Shown in pieces: positions 10,719-21,267 of a stretch of DNA of 64,000 nt. Source of the DNA: Trichodelitschia bisporula (lineage: Eukaryota); NCBI GenBank assembly GCA_010356995.1, contig ML996690.1:1086217-1150216 (forward strand). Direction: 5' to 3'. The translations under genes were made by a program, and so were the position numbers. How positions within the stretch are numbered: the stretch's first letter is position 1; the number at the start of each line of letters is the position of its first letter. The notes beneath the pieces are model-generated. The model ran no database searches and was not told the origin of the DNA. It worked only from the letters and a program-made list of their open reading frames with translations.

Positions 10719-12065
10719 TCAGATATCGATGTTAGTGTGAAGGACCACCTTCACAAGCTTCATGTTCCCGCTATCCACAACTTTCGTACCCATCACCTCA
10801 CCCACTTTGTCAACCAGTCTAGTCCTCAACTCCGGTTCAGACGCCACCCCATTCGCACCCTCGACAACGTCGCTCGCACCCACCATCAGCGCAGCCATCA
10901 GAACCGATATCACCTGCTCGGCGTCGGCGCGCTTCACATCGTCAGCCATGCCCTCGCGGAGTATGGCGTCATAGAGCCGGAGATTTGGGATGATGAGTGT
11001 GCGAACGCCCGCAGGTCCGACCATGCGCTGAAGAGCGAAAAGCGCACCGTAGTGAGATGGCAGTGGCTTGGTTGGGTCGAGGAAGGTCTTGAGCAGAGTG
11101 CGTGCGAGCCGAGGTTTTAAGGTATGTGAGGACTTGCCGTGGCGCTGGGAAATAGACACGATGAGCGAGGCGGCGAGCTCGCGGAGGCTGTAGACGGCGG
11201 ATGGAGAATCGGAGGAGTTGCCCAGGTGCTTCCCTGTAAGGCAGGTGATGATCGAAGGAATGAAGGACGCGATGTACGGCTCGATGAAGAGGGACTGGTT
11301 GCGGAGAATCGCTTCGAGAAGACAGAGCATTTGCCTGAGGACGAAGAGCTCTTTAATGGAGTGCGTGACCTTTTCGTTGACGAAGTGAACGAAGTAAGGT
11401 ACCAGTTGATGCAAGCCAGGGTCCGTATGTAGGGAGTTATAGGCTGCGTTCCGGTACTCCTCATTCGTCTCGTCCAGGACCGCCGTGGTGATGCGCTCAA
11501 AGTAGAGCTGCAGTTCTGAAGACAACACATGCTTCACAAGAGGCTTGATCGCAACCGAATCGTTGCCAGCAAGGGCCGATAGGCTGGGGTTCGCGCCTGG
11601 TCCTTTGGGGAGTAGATCGGTGTTGCGCGAGTCATGAGTAGAGGGATTCTGCGGTATTGAAGGTTGGACTCCGTCAACGGCAAGCCAATGGGCGGTGAAA
11701 GAGACATCGCGCGGGACCTTGGGCAGCGGCGCATTGATGAGCTTTTCGAAGTCGACCTCTTCGTCCTCGATGTAGTAGAGCGGCTGGCCCGGTCCGATGG
11801 ATGCCTCGCCAAAGCGCATCGGTCTCGTCGTGTCGTATCCGAAGAGCGGTTCCACGTCCAGGACCCTCAGCGCCTGCGTGATATCGTCGGTATGGAGAGT
11901 CGTCCTCCGCGCATGGCGCATGAACTTGAGCGCCTCCTCGATGACTTGAGAGACCCGGAAGTCGATGTCGCGGGCCAGATCGTCCACCACCTCCTTGTTC
12001 ATCTGCGAAATTCCGACGGACTCGGCCACGTCGCGGACATTGTCCGGGTTCCAGAGGGAAGACAT
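10719..12065 (-). CDS. TAF6: Transcription initiation factor TFIID/SAGA subunit 6
   Basis: H4-like histone fold (VRDVAESVGI…EEALKFMRHARR…LRVLDVEPLFGY), AHWLAVDGVQPSIPQNP, KHVLSSELQLYF, DPGLHQLVPYF. Intronless, 448 aa. Confidence 0.97.
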   Translation of the reverse strand: MSSLWNPDNVRDVAESVGISQMNKEVVDDLARDIDFRVSQVIEEALKFMRHARRTTLHTDDITQALRVLDVEPLFGYDTTRPMRFGEASIGPGQPLYYIEDEEVDFEKLINAPLPKVPRDVSFTAHWLAVDGVQPSIPQNPSTHDSRNTDLLPKGPGANPSLSALAGNDSVAIKPLVKHVLSSELQLYFERITTAVLDETNEEYRNAAYNSLHTDPGLHQLVPYFVHFVNEKVTHSIKELFVLRQMLCLLEAILRNQSLFIEPYIASFIPSIITCLTGKHLGNSSDSPSAVYSLRELAASLIVSISQRHGKSSHTLKPRLARTLLKTFLDPTKPLPSHYGALFALQRMVGPAGVRTLIIPNLRLYDAILREGMADDVKRADAEQVISVLMAALMVGASDVVEGANGVASEPELRTRLVDKVGEVMGTKVVDSGNMKLVKVVLHTNIDI

Positions 12066-13536
12066 GGCGGCCCGTCGCGGCGCGCGTCCCCTGGCAATAT
12101 GCGGCGGGGCTCTGGTGAGGTGGGGTTTGGGGGGCGATCAAAGGCGGGAGGACAGCTTGAGTGTACTGCTGGAAGCGGACAAATGTAGGTATCTGGGATC
12201 TCGGTTCAGTCGGCGTAAATGTCGCGTCGCGGAAGGCTTACGCGATTGTTCTGTGCGTGATACAATTAGGCTTAGAACGGTGGAGGTGAGTCGGCGGGGG
12301 TGTTCACTGACAAAGCAGAGTTCACTGGTGAGGTATACTGGGAAAGGGAGAGACCGAAATGGTTTATAGCAGTTGTATAGGCTTGGCTTCGCAAGTGTTC
12401 ATTGAAGGGCAATGCAAACCCCCGTGCACAGACCAAGTTCACGGTCAGGCAGTCACAAAGTCGGCCTGCCTAGAACTGGCCGGAACAATGGCTTTTCCGG
12501 TCACGACCAACGACATACACTGCTGACGCTTGGACCAAGGAGGTCCTTGCTCTCCTTCCTTGGGCGATTTCCCCACCTTTCCACCTTTCCACCTTTGCAC
12601 CTCTTCACCATTATTTCCCATCCCATCTTTCACACTTCATAGGCACTCCGCATTACAAATCATATCTGGTCTCTTCCATCCGTTCTCTAATGCGACGGTA
12701 ACCCCAACCTTTTCTCTGCCAATCGGATGCAGAAGCTCTAAATACTTGTGCCCGGAATACCCAAGTACATATCCGACCATCCCCATTCCCCACTGGGGTT
12801 GTCCGCGACAAGTTTGCCCGCTGCCCGAAGACGTTACACAGGACGCAAACAAGGCCTTTGGCTCTGAGGCTTGTGTAGCTGAACGAACAGGAAGCTTAAA
12901 ACAGGCAGGACATCCAACACTTAGAATTGTCCAACGTCAAATTCTCCACTCGTGTCTACGCCTCACTCCCAAGACCTCACGGCTTCCTTTGATCCTCTTT
13001 CCGATGCATAAGATTGCTGAGATCTCCACTGCCCTTGCTTGTCGGCGTTTCCGGAAGGGCAGCTAAGGTACCCGCACAATGCTTCCCTTATCGGATACTA
13101 AATGCTCGTTTCTTCCGGAACGTTGCATCCTTCCGATGGCAACTTCAAATCGTAGCCTCGTAGGTTGCCCAATGTAGGACGCCACGTTTTTTTTGTCATT
13201 TGGATCATATTCGCTCCCTAGCTTCTGGCCGCCCCGGCGGCTTCCCAATGGCATGTCTCCCCTAGCACTGTTGCATGCCCCGTTGCGGGTAGGGCCACTC
13301 CCTTCCCGCCATGTACTTTGCTCCCCGCAAATTCAGTCTTGCTTCCCGCCAGATGCCACGGGTGTTTTTACTCTAACATAGGAAATCCATTGCTACATTA
13401 CCTGTTGTCGACCTATTTAAACCGGCCTGCGTGCTTCTGGGAAGTCTCAACTCAGCTTCAGTCTTCAAACTTTGGTTATTGCACCTTTCCTCTCTTGACC
13501 GCTAGTTGTATCATCCAACCGCTCTAGAAAAGCAAA

Positions 13537-13770
13537 ATGGATTTTGGAATCAAGGCACGGCACTATCCGCTTCGTGAAATGCGCCTTCAAAATCCTGGCG
13601 GCAAGTCGACCCACACTCCCCACAGGCTCTCGGCACCTCTGTCCATTATCACAACATTCAACGACCAGGAGGAGTCTACCAAAGGCGACCCGCCGTCGCC
13701 GAACCCGCTGCCCCCACAACCGCCACCAAGTCCTGCAGATGAGGACATGAAATTCTGGTGGAGACTTTGA
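13537..13770 (+). CDS. Candidate 77-aa microprotein or uORF upstream of the AIF-like gene
   Basis: Strong start context (gcaaaATGG). Pro-rich tail ending PPQPPPSPADEDMKFWWRL. Confidence 0.35.
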   Translation: MDFGIKARHYPLREMRLQNPGGKSTHTPHRLSAPLSIITTFNDQEESTKGDPPSPNPLPPQPPPSPADEDMKFWWRL

Positions 13771-14349
13771 GTGGTGCGTCCCTGAACCTCACGATCCTCT
13801 ATCATTCTAACGTCTACAGTAGCTTCCGGCATCGATTGCTTTTACCTTTCAGGACTCTGCTTAGGTCTAGACCAGTCACTTCGATTATGTTTTTCGGTTT
13901 CGAGTACTTGATATGCGAGCCGGCTGGCCTGGACTGCACGACGGGAATTCTCACTCATTTCTCTTACGTCTTTCTTTGCGGTGGCTGGGGCGGTTCTCAT
14001 CACGTCTTTTGGACTGGTCCGGGTGTTCGTCGGCGCATAAATAGGATGGCCTCGAGCACCTCGTGGAGCTGACGGCAGACAAAGGATTGTGGCTGCGTCA
14101 AAGGATCGTTACACAACCGCCGATTACCCCAGTTGTGTTCCACAGGTCCCCAAGCCAGTGCTAGCAAGGGATGCTTTTAAAATCCTAAAATGTACATTCC
14201 TCCCCAGATGGCGTCACGTCAAACCTCAAGTGATGCTTGCGTCCACGGAAACATTCCCTTCTTTCATTGCTTTTGTCATGGCAGCACTCGTCTTATTAGG
14301 TCAGGTCGACCTGCCCTCACCTTAGCCGCCGACAACTCCAACCTCCACA

Positions 14350-15807
14350 ATGGAGCGATCATCCCGCGAACCGCTCAACATCGTCATCCTCGGCGCCTCG
14401 TTCGCCGGGCTATCGGCAGCACATGGCTTCTTGCGCAAAACAATAGATGATCTCGGCATCACCCGCACCGCGCCCAAGTATCGCGTCGTCCTGGTCTCAC
14501 CCTCAACATACCTATACTGGAACATCGGCGCGCCGCGCGCCATCGTCTCCTCGACCCTAATTCCGCACTCAACCTCCTTCATCCCCATCCTCGATGCCTT
14601 CCGCTCCTACCCAGCAAACCGCTTCGGCTTCATACACGGCAGCGCCACCGCCGTCGACTTCTCAAACCGTAACGTGACCGTCGCCATCGAATCACCCCCC
14701 ACCAGCCCCACCCAGCTCAACAACCGCTGGTCCCACGCCACCATCGAAAGCGGCGGCAGCAACACGCCTACCCAAACAATCCCCTTTCACGCTCTGATCG
14801 TCGCAACCGGCACCTCTGCCGAGTCCCCGCTCCTCTCCCTCCACGGCCCCCACGAGAAAACAGTCGCCGCACTCGATGCCTTCCATGCCGGGCTGAAGGA
14901 AGCATCTAGCGTCATTGTCGCCGGCGGCGGCCCTTCCGGTGTCGAGTGCGCCGGCCAACTCGCGACCTTCCTGCGCAACCGCGTCCACGCCCCCAAGGAA
15001 CCCACCCCGCCCGCCAACACCATCGAGGCCACCTCGCCGACCAGCACCAAGGAAAGCCTCCGTATCGGAACATTGCTCGGCCAGCGCGCAAAGACGACGG
15101 ACCCGCAGTCACCACCGCCGCTCAACATCGTCCTCGTCTCTGGGAACGAGCGGCTGCTGCCGCGGCTGCCACCCGCGATAGGCGCGGCCGCGGAGGCGAA
15201 ACTCAAGAAACTCGGCGTGCATGTTATGCATCATGTGCGGCTGCTCTCGGCGCAGGAACTCCCCAGCGGGGTTACGCGGTGTGTATTCAGCGATGATCTG
15301 AGTATCACGTGCGATCTGTTTATTGCGGCGACGGGCGTGTGGCCGAATACCTCCTTCCTGCCGCCGCGGGTGCTCGATGCCAGCGGGTATGTGCAGGCTG
15401 ATCCCGAGTACTTGCGCGTGAGCGGGGCGGGGGATCGGGTGTATGCCGTCGGAGACTGTGCGGCATACTCGAAGAATACGATTTTGGATGTGTATGAGAG
15501 TATTCCTACGTTGTTGCATAATCTGCGCAATGATTTGTGGGAGTATGAGCTCAAGGTGCAGAATCCGTATGGGGGGGCGGAGGCGAAGCTCGAGGCTTTG
15601 CAGGATGTGGCGTATTCGCGCAATGAGGCTATCACGCAGCTGGTGCCGATTACGCGGTTTGGTGGCGTGGGGATGTTGTTTGGGATCCAGTTGCCGAGTT
15701 TTTTGGTTTGGTTGATGAAGGGGAGGAATTATCGAACCAACAAGGCTGTGTTGGCTGTGGGGCAGGGGCACAATCCGTACGCTGCGGATACGTATGTCTA
15801 CAAATGA
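14350..15807 (+). CDS. AIF/AMID (FSP1)-type FAD/NAD(P)H oxidoreductase (Pyr_redox_2)
   Basis: IVILGASFAGLSAA (FAD), LIVATG, IVAGGGPSGVECAG (NAD), ATGVWPNT, VYAVGD. Confidence 0.92.
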   Translation: MERSSREPLNIVILGASFAGLSAAHGFLRKTIDDLGITRTAPKYRVVLVSPSTYLYWNIGAPRAIVSSTLIPHSTSFIPILDAFRSYPANRFGFIHGSATAVDFSNRNVTVAIESPPTSPTQLNNRWSHATIESGGSNTPTQTIPFHALIVATGTSAESPLLSLHGPHEKTVAALDAFHAGLKEASSVIVAGGGPSGVECAGQLATFLRNRVHAPKEPTPPANTIEATSPTSTKESLRIGTLLGQRAKTTDPQSPPPLNIVLVSGNERLLPRLPPAIGAAAEAKLKKLGVHVMHHVRLLSAQELPSGVTRCVFSDDLSITCDLFIAATGVWPNTSFLPPRVLDASGYVQADPEYLRVSGAGDRVYAVGDCAAYSKNTILDVYESIPTLLHNLRNDLWEYELKVQNPYGGAEAKLEALQDVAYSRNEAITQLVPITRFGGVGMLFGIQLPSFLVWLMKGRNYRTNKAVLAVGQGHNPYAADTYVYK

Positions 15808-15900
15808 CGAGGGGAGGAAGGGTTGGAGCACTTTATACGTTTCGGTTGTGAAATACCTGTACTGATACAATGATTTAGTCGCTATAAGGTCCTCTTCCCA

Positions 15901-16101
15901 ATCTACAAGTCATATTCTCTTCGTCGTGCATGCTACAAGTCATATTCTCCTTGTCCTGCATGCTTCAAGTCATATTCTCTTCGTCGTGCATGCCACAAGT
16001 CATATTCTCTTCGTCGTGCATGCTACAAGTCATAGCCTCCTCCATGCATGCTACAAATCATCCTCCTCGTCGTCCATACTACAAGTCATATAACTCCATG
16101 C
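15901..16101. repeat. 30-bp minisatellite, about 4 near-perfect plus about 3 degenerate copies
   Basis: Unit (a)tgctacaagtcatattctcttcgtcgtgc, lying between two convergent genes. Confidence 0.9.
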
Positions 16102-16321
16102 TGTGCTTCCATCACAGTCGTCCGTACGCCAAAGCAAACATTGTCGAGCCGGAAGCCAACCATATGGCACCCATCCAATCAGCAACAACACCCTAACGAC
16201 CAGGTGCGATCCATCCAGCAAATGCCAACCCATCAAACGCCCAAGCCGTGCTTTCGTGAACACCATTCCGTACCCCTGACAACTGCGAAACCAGCAGAAA
16301 TGCCACCCACCAATAAACACC

Positions 16322-19153
16322 CTAACGCTCCGTAACGTACTGGTACTGATACGTCTGAGGCTGAGCCTCACCCATCTCTTCCTTTCCCCACTGCTGCATC
16401 AACACACGCGCCATGGTGTCGCGCTCGGCCTTAAGGGTGGCATAGCGCCGCGCCCAATCAGCATTGCGATCCATCATCTTCTCTTTGACTTTTTCGTCCA
16501 TCAACTCGTTCTGCCTCGCATGCTCGGCCTGCATAGCACGCATCTTGCGTTGCACGTCAGAAACCTGACCCCTCGCCTCGAGAACGCGAGCTTCGGCACA
16601 ACGCATATCCTCCTTGACATTCTTGAGCTCCGCCTTGATACCAGCGACCTGGCACTTGAGCGCAGCCGTCTCGCGGATATGGTGTTGACATGCGGTGTGG
16701 CGAACAGTGGGACTTTCAGACCGATATCCTGGGGCAGAAGCACCCTGGTCCAGGCGGCTCAGTTGAACGCGCAGACCATCGCGTTCGTTAGTTAACCCCT
16801 GGATCTGGGCCTCATAGCGAGCGCGCTCCTGGGCAATGAGCTCCGACAGCGCATCGGCGTCAGCGGAGTTCACATCCAGCTTCTTGCGCTGGCGAGTGGC
16901 TTCGTCCTGAGAAGTTGCGAGCTGTGCCTCCAGAGACTTGTTGCGTTCGCCGAAGACCGCTGCTTCAGTCTTGTGCTGACTGACTTCATCAATCAGCGTG
17001 GCAATGTTCTTGTACATGTCCGTGATGGTAGTCTGATAATCTTCAAGCTGTTGAGTAAAGAGCAGCTTCTCGGAACTGTACAGTTGTTCGGCGTCGAGAA
17101 GGGGAGCGAGCTGCACCTTAAGCTTGTCGATCTCATCTTGTCGGTCCCGGATCTCCTTGACCAAGATCTGATCCTCACTGGACTGGCGCATACGGGCATA
17201 GTCCAGGGTCTCGGCTTGCTGCTTAACCTTCGCTTGAAGGGCAGCGACAGTATTCTGGAGCTCGTAGGTTTTCCCCCTGAGCTGCGATCTCTCTTGCTCG
17301 AACGCTTCCGGATCACCGCGTTTCAAAACGTGGTTCAGCTCGGCATTCTTGGTACGAAGTTCATCGCGTTCATCCTCCAGCAATTGGATGCTATGCATCA
17401 GCCTCTTGCCCTCGGAAATGGCGCAGTCGGCACGTGAGAGCGCAGTGTCGAACATGTGGGTCTTCTTTTCAAGCTCAGCACGAAGTGCCTCCTGATCCTG
17501 GACAGCTGTCTCAAGTTCGCGACGGAGCTTGCGCATCTCGCGTTCGCTGTTGTGATCTCTGTCCTCAGTCATGCTAAGAGCCGCAGACTTCATATCGAGC
17601 TCCGCGCGAAGTTGGTCGCGCTCCTTGTTGGCGGCTTCAAGGTCTTGCTTGAGAAGCGCGTTCTCGCGTTTAAGGCCGTGAGAATCCACTTCGAGGTTGT
17701 CAAGCAGGGTAGATTTCTCGTTGAGAGTAGCACAAAGCTTTCTCTGCTCCGTCTCGGCCAACTCGAGCTTTGCAGCCGACACCGCTTGCTGACAGCCCAG
17801 GCTCTCGGCCGCGGCTTTCTTCTCCTCCTCGAGGTCACGGATATAAGCTTGGGCGCGCTGAAGTTCGGCTTCGGAGACCAGAATCCGATTACTGCAGGCT
17901 TTCACATCCTGCTCCTGTCGACGGATAGTATCAGCATGATTCGATGCCAACGCTCTGAAAGTCTCGGCCTGCTGCCACAGCTTGTCGAATTTCTCCTGCT
18001 CCCTGGCTCTGTGCGTCTTGACGTCTTCCTCTAGCAAGTCCATTTGCTCGTCCACCCCGTCTTCAGCCTCAGCCGTTGACTGTAGATTGGCCTCGAGCTC
18101 TTGAATGCGAGCAGCCTGCATCTCAGCGCGATGCTTCGCCTGCATGATGTACGCCTCATGATTCGCTTGTGCGGAGGCGAGCTGTTGCTTTTCAAGAAGG
18201 CGCTGCTTTTCGAGGTGCGCGATGCGAGATTGCCAGACCGCGGAGACATCCGCAACTGCCTTAGCAGTATCTGAATGAAGTTCCGCAATCTTTTGGTTTG
18301 AAGAGTCTGCAAGATTTGCGAGATCGGCGCGCAGGAATTCGATTGTGGTGGTCGGCGCATCAACTGCGGCTGTTTGACTGTCCGAACCTTCGATGGACTT
18401 GCCGGTGCTCATGGGAGCAGAGGTCGAAAGAGCCGTAGCTCCATGAACAGAGTCGTCGACATTTTGTTCATGCATCGAGTCTGTAGAAGATGGCATGCCC
18501 GCCTGTGGAACGACCGAGGTGTCTTCAGAGCGCATCGGCGTCGAGTGACATTCTTCAACCGTGGGCTGAAGATGACCACCAAAGACCTTGCGCAGCGGAG
18601 TTTGCGCATTGAGTGTGGGATGAGGGACACTTAAATCATTGGAAGTGCGCCGCAGGACGGTGACTTGGGTGGTATTGCTGCCCGAGCTCTCTGGAATCGA
18701 AGCCTCAATGCCCTCACGAGAAGCGGGCTTGTCGTCGGTGACATCCTTCATGACCAGGTGATGCCTGGTGACATGGAGCGTTGAGAACTCCGCCTTAGGG
18801 GTTCCGTTGTCGGTGATGGAATCCAAGTTCGTACTGGCACTCTCCTCGGCCTTGTCGTCGCTTTGCTCCGCCCTGTTGTGAATCGCAGTCTGGCCAGCGA
18901 GTTCGTCGGACAGCCGCTGCTCAGGGCGCATCCAAAGCTCCATGTTTTGAGTGAAATCTTCCGGCCCTCCGATTTCCTCGCTGTTGACACGTTCAAGAGG
19001 GACTTCTTGAATGTCAAGTGCGCTCGACTCCGGGTTGTGGGGAAGCGCATGTAAGTCGAGGACGTACTGGATCTGGGAGGAAGCGCTGCCAACGGAGGCG
19101 AGCGAAGATGAGCGCTTGCGCTCCGGCGGACCGGTGGCCATTGCGAGTGGCAT
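16322..19153 (-). CDS. 943-aa long coiled-coil protein, probably spindle-pole-body associated (SnaD-like)
   Basis: Intronless ORF. Disordered N-terminus with GGPEDFTQNMELWMR, about 650 aa of heptad-rich sequence, C-terminal MARVLMQQWGKEEMG…YQYQY. The SnaD resemblance is from memory; the CDS itself is secure. Confidence 0.8.
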   Translation of the reverse strand: MPLAMATGPPERKRSSSLASVGSASSQIQYVLDLHALPHNPESSALDIQEVPLERVNSEEIGGPEDFTQNMELWMRPEQRLSDELAGQTAIHNRAEQSDDKAEESASTNLDSITDNGTPKAEFSTLHVTRHHLVMKDVTDDKPASREGIEASIPESSGSNTTQVTVLRRTSNDLSVPHPTLNAQTPLRKVFGGHLQPTVEECHSTPMRSEDTSVVPQAGMPSSTDSMHEQNVDDSVHGATALSTSAPMSTGKSIEGSDSQTAAVDAPTTTIEFLRADLANLADSSNQKIAELHSDTAKAVADVSAVWQSRIAHLEKQRLLEKQQLASAQANHEAYIMQAKHRAEMQAARIQELEANLQSTAEAEDGVDEQMDLLEEDVKTHRAREQEKFDKLWQQAETFRALASNHADTIRRQEQDVKACSNRILVSEAELQRAQAYIRDLEEEKKAAAESLGCQQAVSAAKLELAETEQRKLCATLNEKSTLLDNLEVDSHGLKRENALLKQDLEAANKERDQLRAELDMKSAALSMTEDRDHNSEREMRKLRRELETAVQDQEALRAELEKKTHMFDTALSRADCAISEGKRLMHSIQLLEDERDELRTKNAELNHVLKRGDPEAFEQERSQLRGKTYELQNTVAALQAKVKQQAETLDYARMRQSSEDQILVKEIRDRQDEIDKLKVQLAPLLDAEQLYSSEKLLFTQQLEDYQTTITDMYKNIATLIDEVSQHKTEAAVFGERNKSLEAQLATSQDEATRQRKKLDVNSADADALSELIAQERARYEAQIQGLTNERDGLRVQLSRLDQGASAPGYRSESPTVRHTACQHHIRETAALKCQVAGIKAELKNVKEDMRCAEARVLEARGQVSDVQRKMRAMQAEHARQNELMDEKVKEKMMDRNADWARRYATLKAERDTMARVLMQQWGKEEMGEAQPQTYQYQYVTER

Positions 19154-19988
19154 CGGTCAAATGATGTTCGCAAGTACCGTGGGTAAATTTAGGAGTAGAG
19201 ATGGGTGATAGAAGGTGAGGTGTTGTGGGGGATGGGGAGAGAATGTAAATGTTTGGAACGGAGCGGGTTCACGTCGACCGTTTGTTTGGCGCGTCGCTGG
19301 ATTGTCCAAATGGCCCGAGCGTTGGTTGAAGCGGGCCGACCCGCTGTGCTAACTGGTTTGGTTTCCAGGTCTCGCCAGTCCACGTGATTGGGTCGAGTAT
19401 TTACCGCCTTTTCTTCCCATCTAAGCTCATCTCATTCCGTCTCTTTCACCCGTTTGTTAATTATGTGCATTTGTCTCCGCTGCCCCACTATACCGGTACT
19501 ACCGTACCGTGCCTTGGATCTTGACCTCCTTCATACGTACGGTAGATGCCACTCCGCTATCCGGGACAAAGCAGCAAGCTGGTTTCGGTCATCATCGAGC
19601 CTGATTACCTATCTCACTCGTCCTTTTCGCACGCAACCATCATACTACCGTGCGGTACTGTACTCCGAACGCAATTTCAATTCCACTCTCCTTCCTGCTA
19701 AGAACCTTCGATCGGCCTCACGTGACTATATACGCCACCTCCTCACCCGAAACGGCATGGAGGTACAGGTAGATGCGGGGTACCCCGCAAATCAGGGCCG
19801 TTAGCGCAAGGAGATGTGGTTGCAAGCTGCAGGCATGAAGCAGCTGACTGAGGGCCAGGGCACAAGAGCACCTGAGCGGTCTCTCCACCTCCCCTCACAA
19901 GCAGCCCCTCACTGTTTCCCAATTCCAACGTTGTGTCTCATCCACATTCTCCATCAAACTTCGTCTACAGCCATTCAAGTCTGTCAAA

Positions 19989-20933
19989 ATGAGTGCAATC
20001 GCTGATTCCCGGGACCAGAACGAGCCTATTCAGGTCCTCTTCGCCCTTCACGATGGCTTCGACACCCTTGATTTTACTGGTCCTCTTGAGATTCTAAGCC
20101 AGTCTCAGCACGACTTCAAGGATTCATGTTTGTTTCCATTTCCCATGTTCATCAAGCCTTGCTAACTCCGTCTAGCTACCAAGGCCTTCGAGATCACCAC
20201 ATGTGCCGTTGGGAACACTGTCAAGTCTGGCCAGGGCCTGAGCGTTCAAGCGGACGTCAGCTTCGAGCTCGCCCATGAGAGCTTGTCGGACTACGACATC
20301 CTCATCGTCCCAGGCGGTGGGGTTTCGAACATCCTGAAGGAAGCAGGCTCCAAGGCTGACGACCTCCCCACGGTCAAGCTCGTCGATGCCTTCACCGACC
20401 TGCAGGAGACCGACCCGAGCAAAGAGCGCACCCTCATGTCCGTCTGCACGGGCTCGCTCTTCCTGGCCCAGGCCGGCGTCCTGCAGGGTCTGGCTGCCAC
20501 CACACACCCAGACTTCTATACTAGACTCGAGATCCTGTGCGCTGAGTCGGCTCGGCGCGACATGGGCGAGCGCACTGATGTCATGGAGGAGCGCTATGTG
20601 GTCAACAATGCCCGCTACGATCTCGGCGACAACCCCGAGGAGAACCCCTTCATCTTCACTAAGAAGCCTGAAGGCCAAGGCCGCCGCAAGTCCATTGCCC
20701 GCAAGGGTAGTGACGCGTGGAAGGCGTCGCGTCGTCGCGAGTCCATCGTCAAGCGCGCTAACATGCCACTGGGCGGTATGCGTCTCATCACGAGCGGTGG
20801 TGTCACAGCGGGAATGGATGCGGCTCTGTACCTCGTTGCGGCACTTGTGTCGCACGAGTCGGCTCTCGAGGTTGCCCGTATTCTTCAGTTTGAGTGGAAG
20901 AAGGGTGTGACGGTGCAGGGCATCGACGTCTAG
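19989..20933 (+). CDS. DJ-1/PfpI (ThiJ) family protein. Intron 20128-20175
   Basis: GFDTLDFTGPLEIL, YDILIVPGG, nucleophile elbow MSVCTGSLFLAQAGVL, ITSGGVTAGMDAAL. Confidence 0.92.
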
Positions 20934-21267
20934 ACAATAGATGTGTACTGTAGACCAGGTCAGCCACGCTGAGGTCGAAAAGTTCTAATATTTTAACGAG
21001 GAAATGATCATCAACTGGGCTGGAGTATCTGCTGGGAAAGAAAGACTTTGCTGCTGCCTAACCGTACCAACGCCAACGCTAGTGAACCTTCGTACCTATG
21101 CCATGCTGCCTTGCCTCGTGAACGGCATCGCTCGTTACGACGTACAACGTATGCTTGACTCCTCGAATACCTAGCACAGCAGCATTTAATTCGTTCTTAG
21201 CCACGTTTTCTGAAACCCGTACCCTCATCCAGATGCGGTTCATCAAACCTAAACCCGACCAAGGGCG

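Noticed and set aside
15901..16101. CRISPR-like appearance of the 30-bp repeats, and the ORF 15930-16196 (MLQVIFSSSC repeats)
   Set aside because: The repeats are contiguous with no unique spacers, there are no cas genes and the context is eukaryotic. The ORF is a by-product of a 3n repeat unit.
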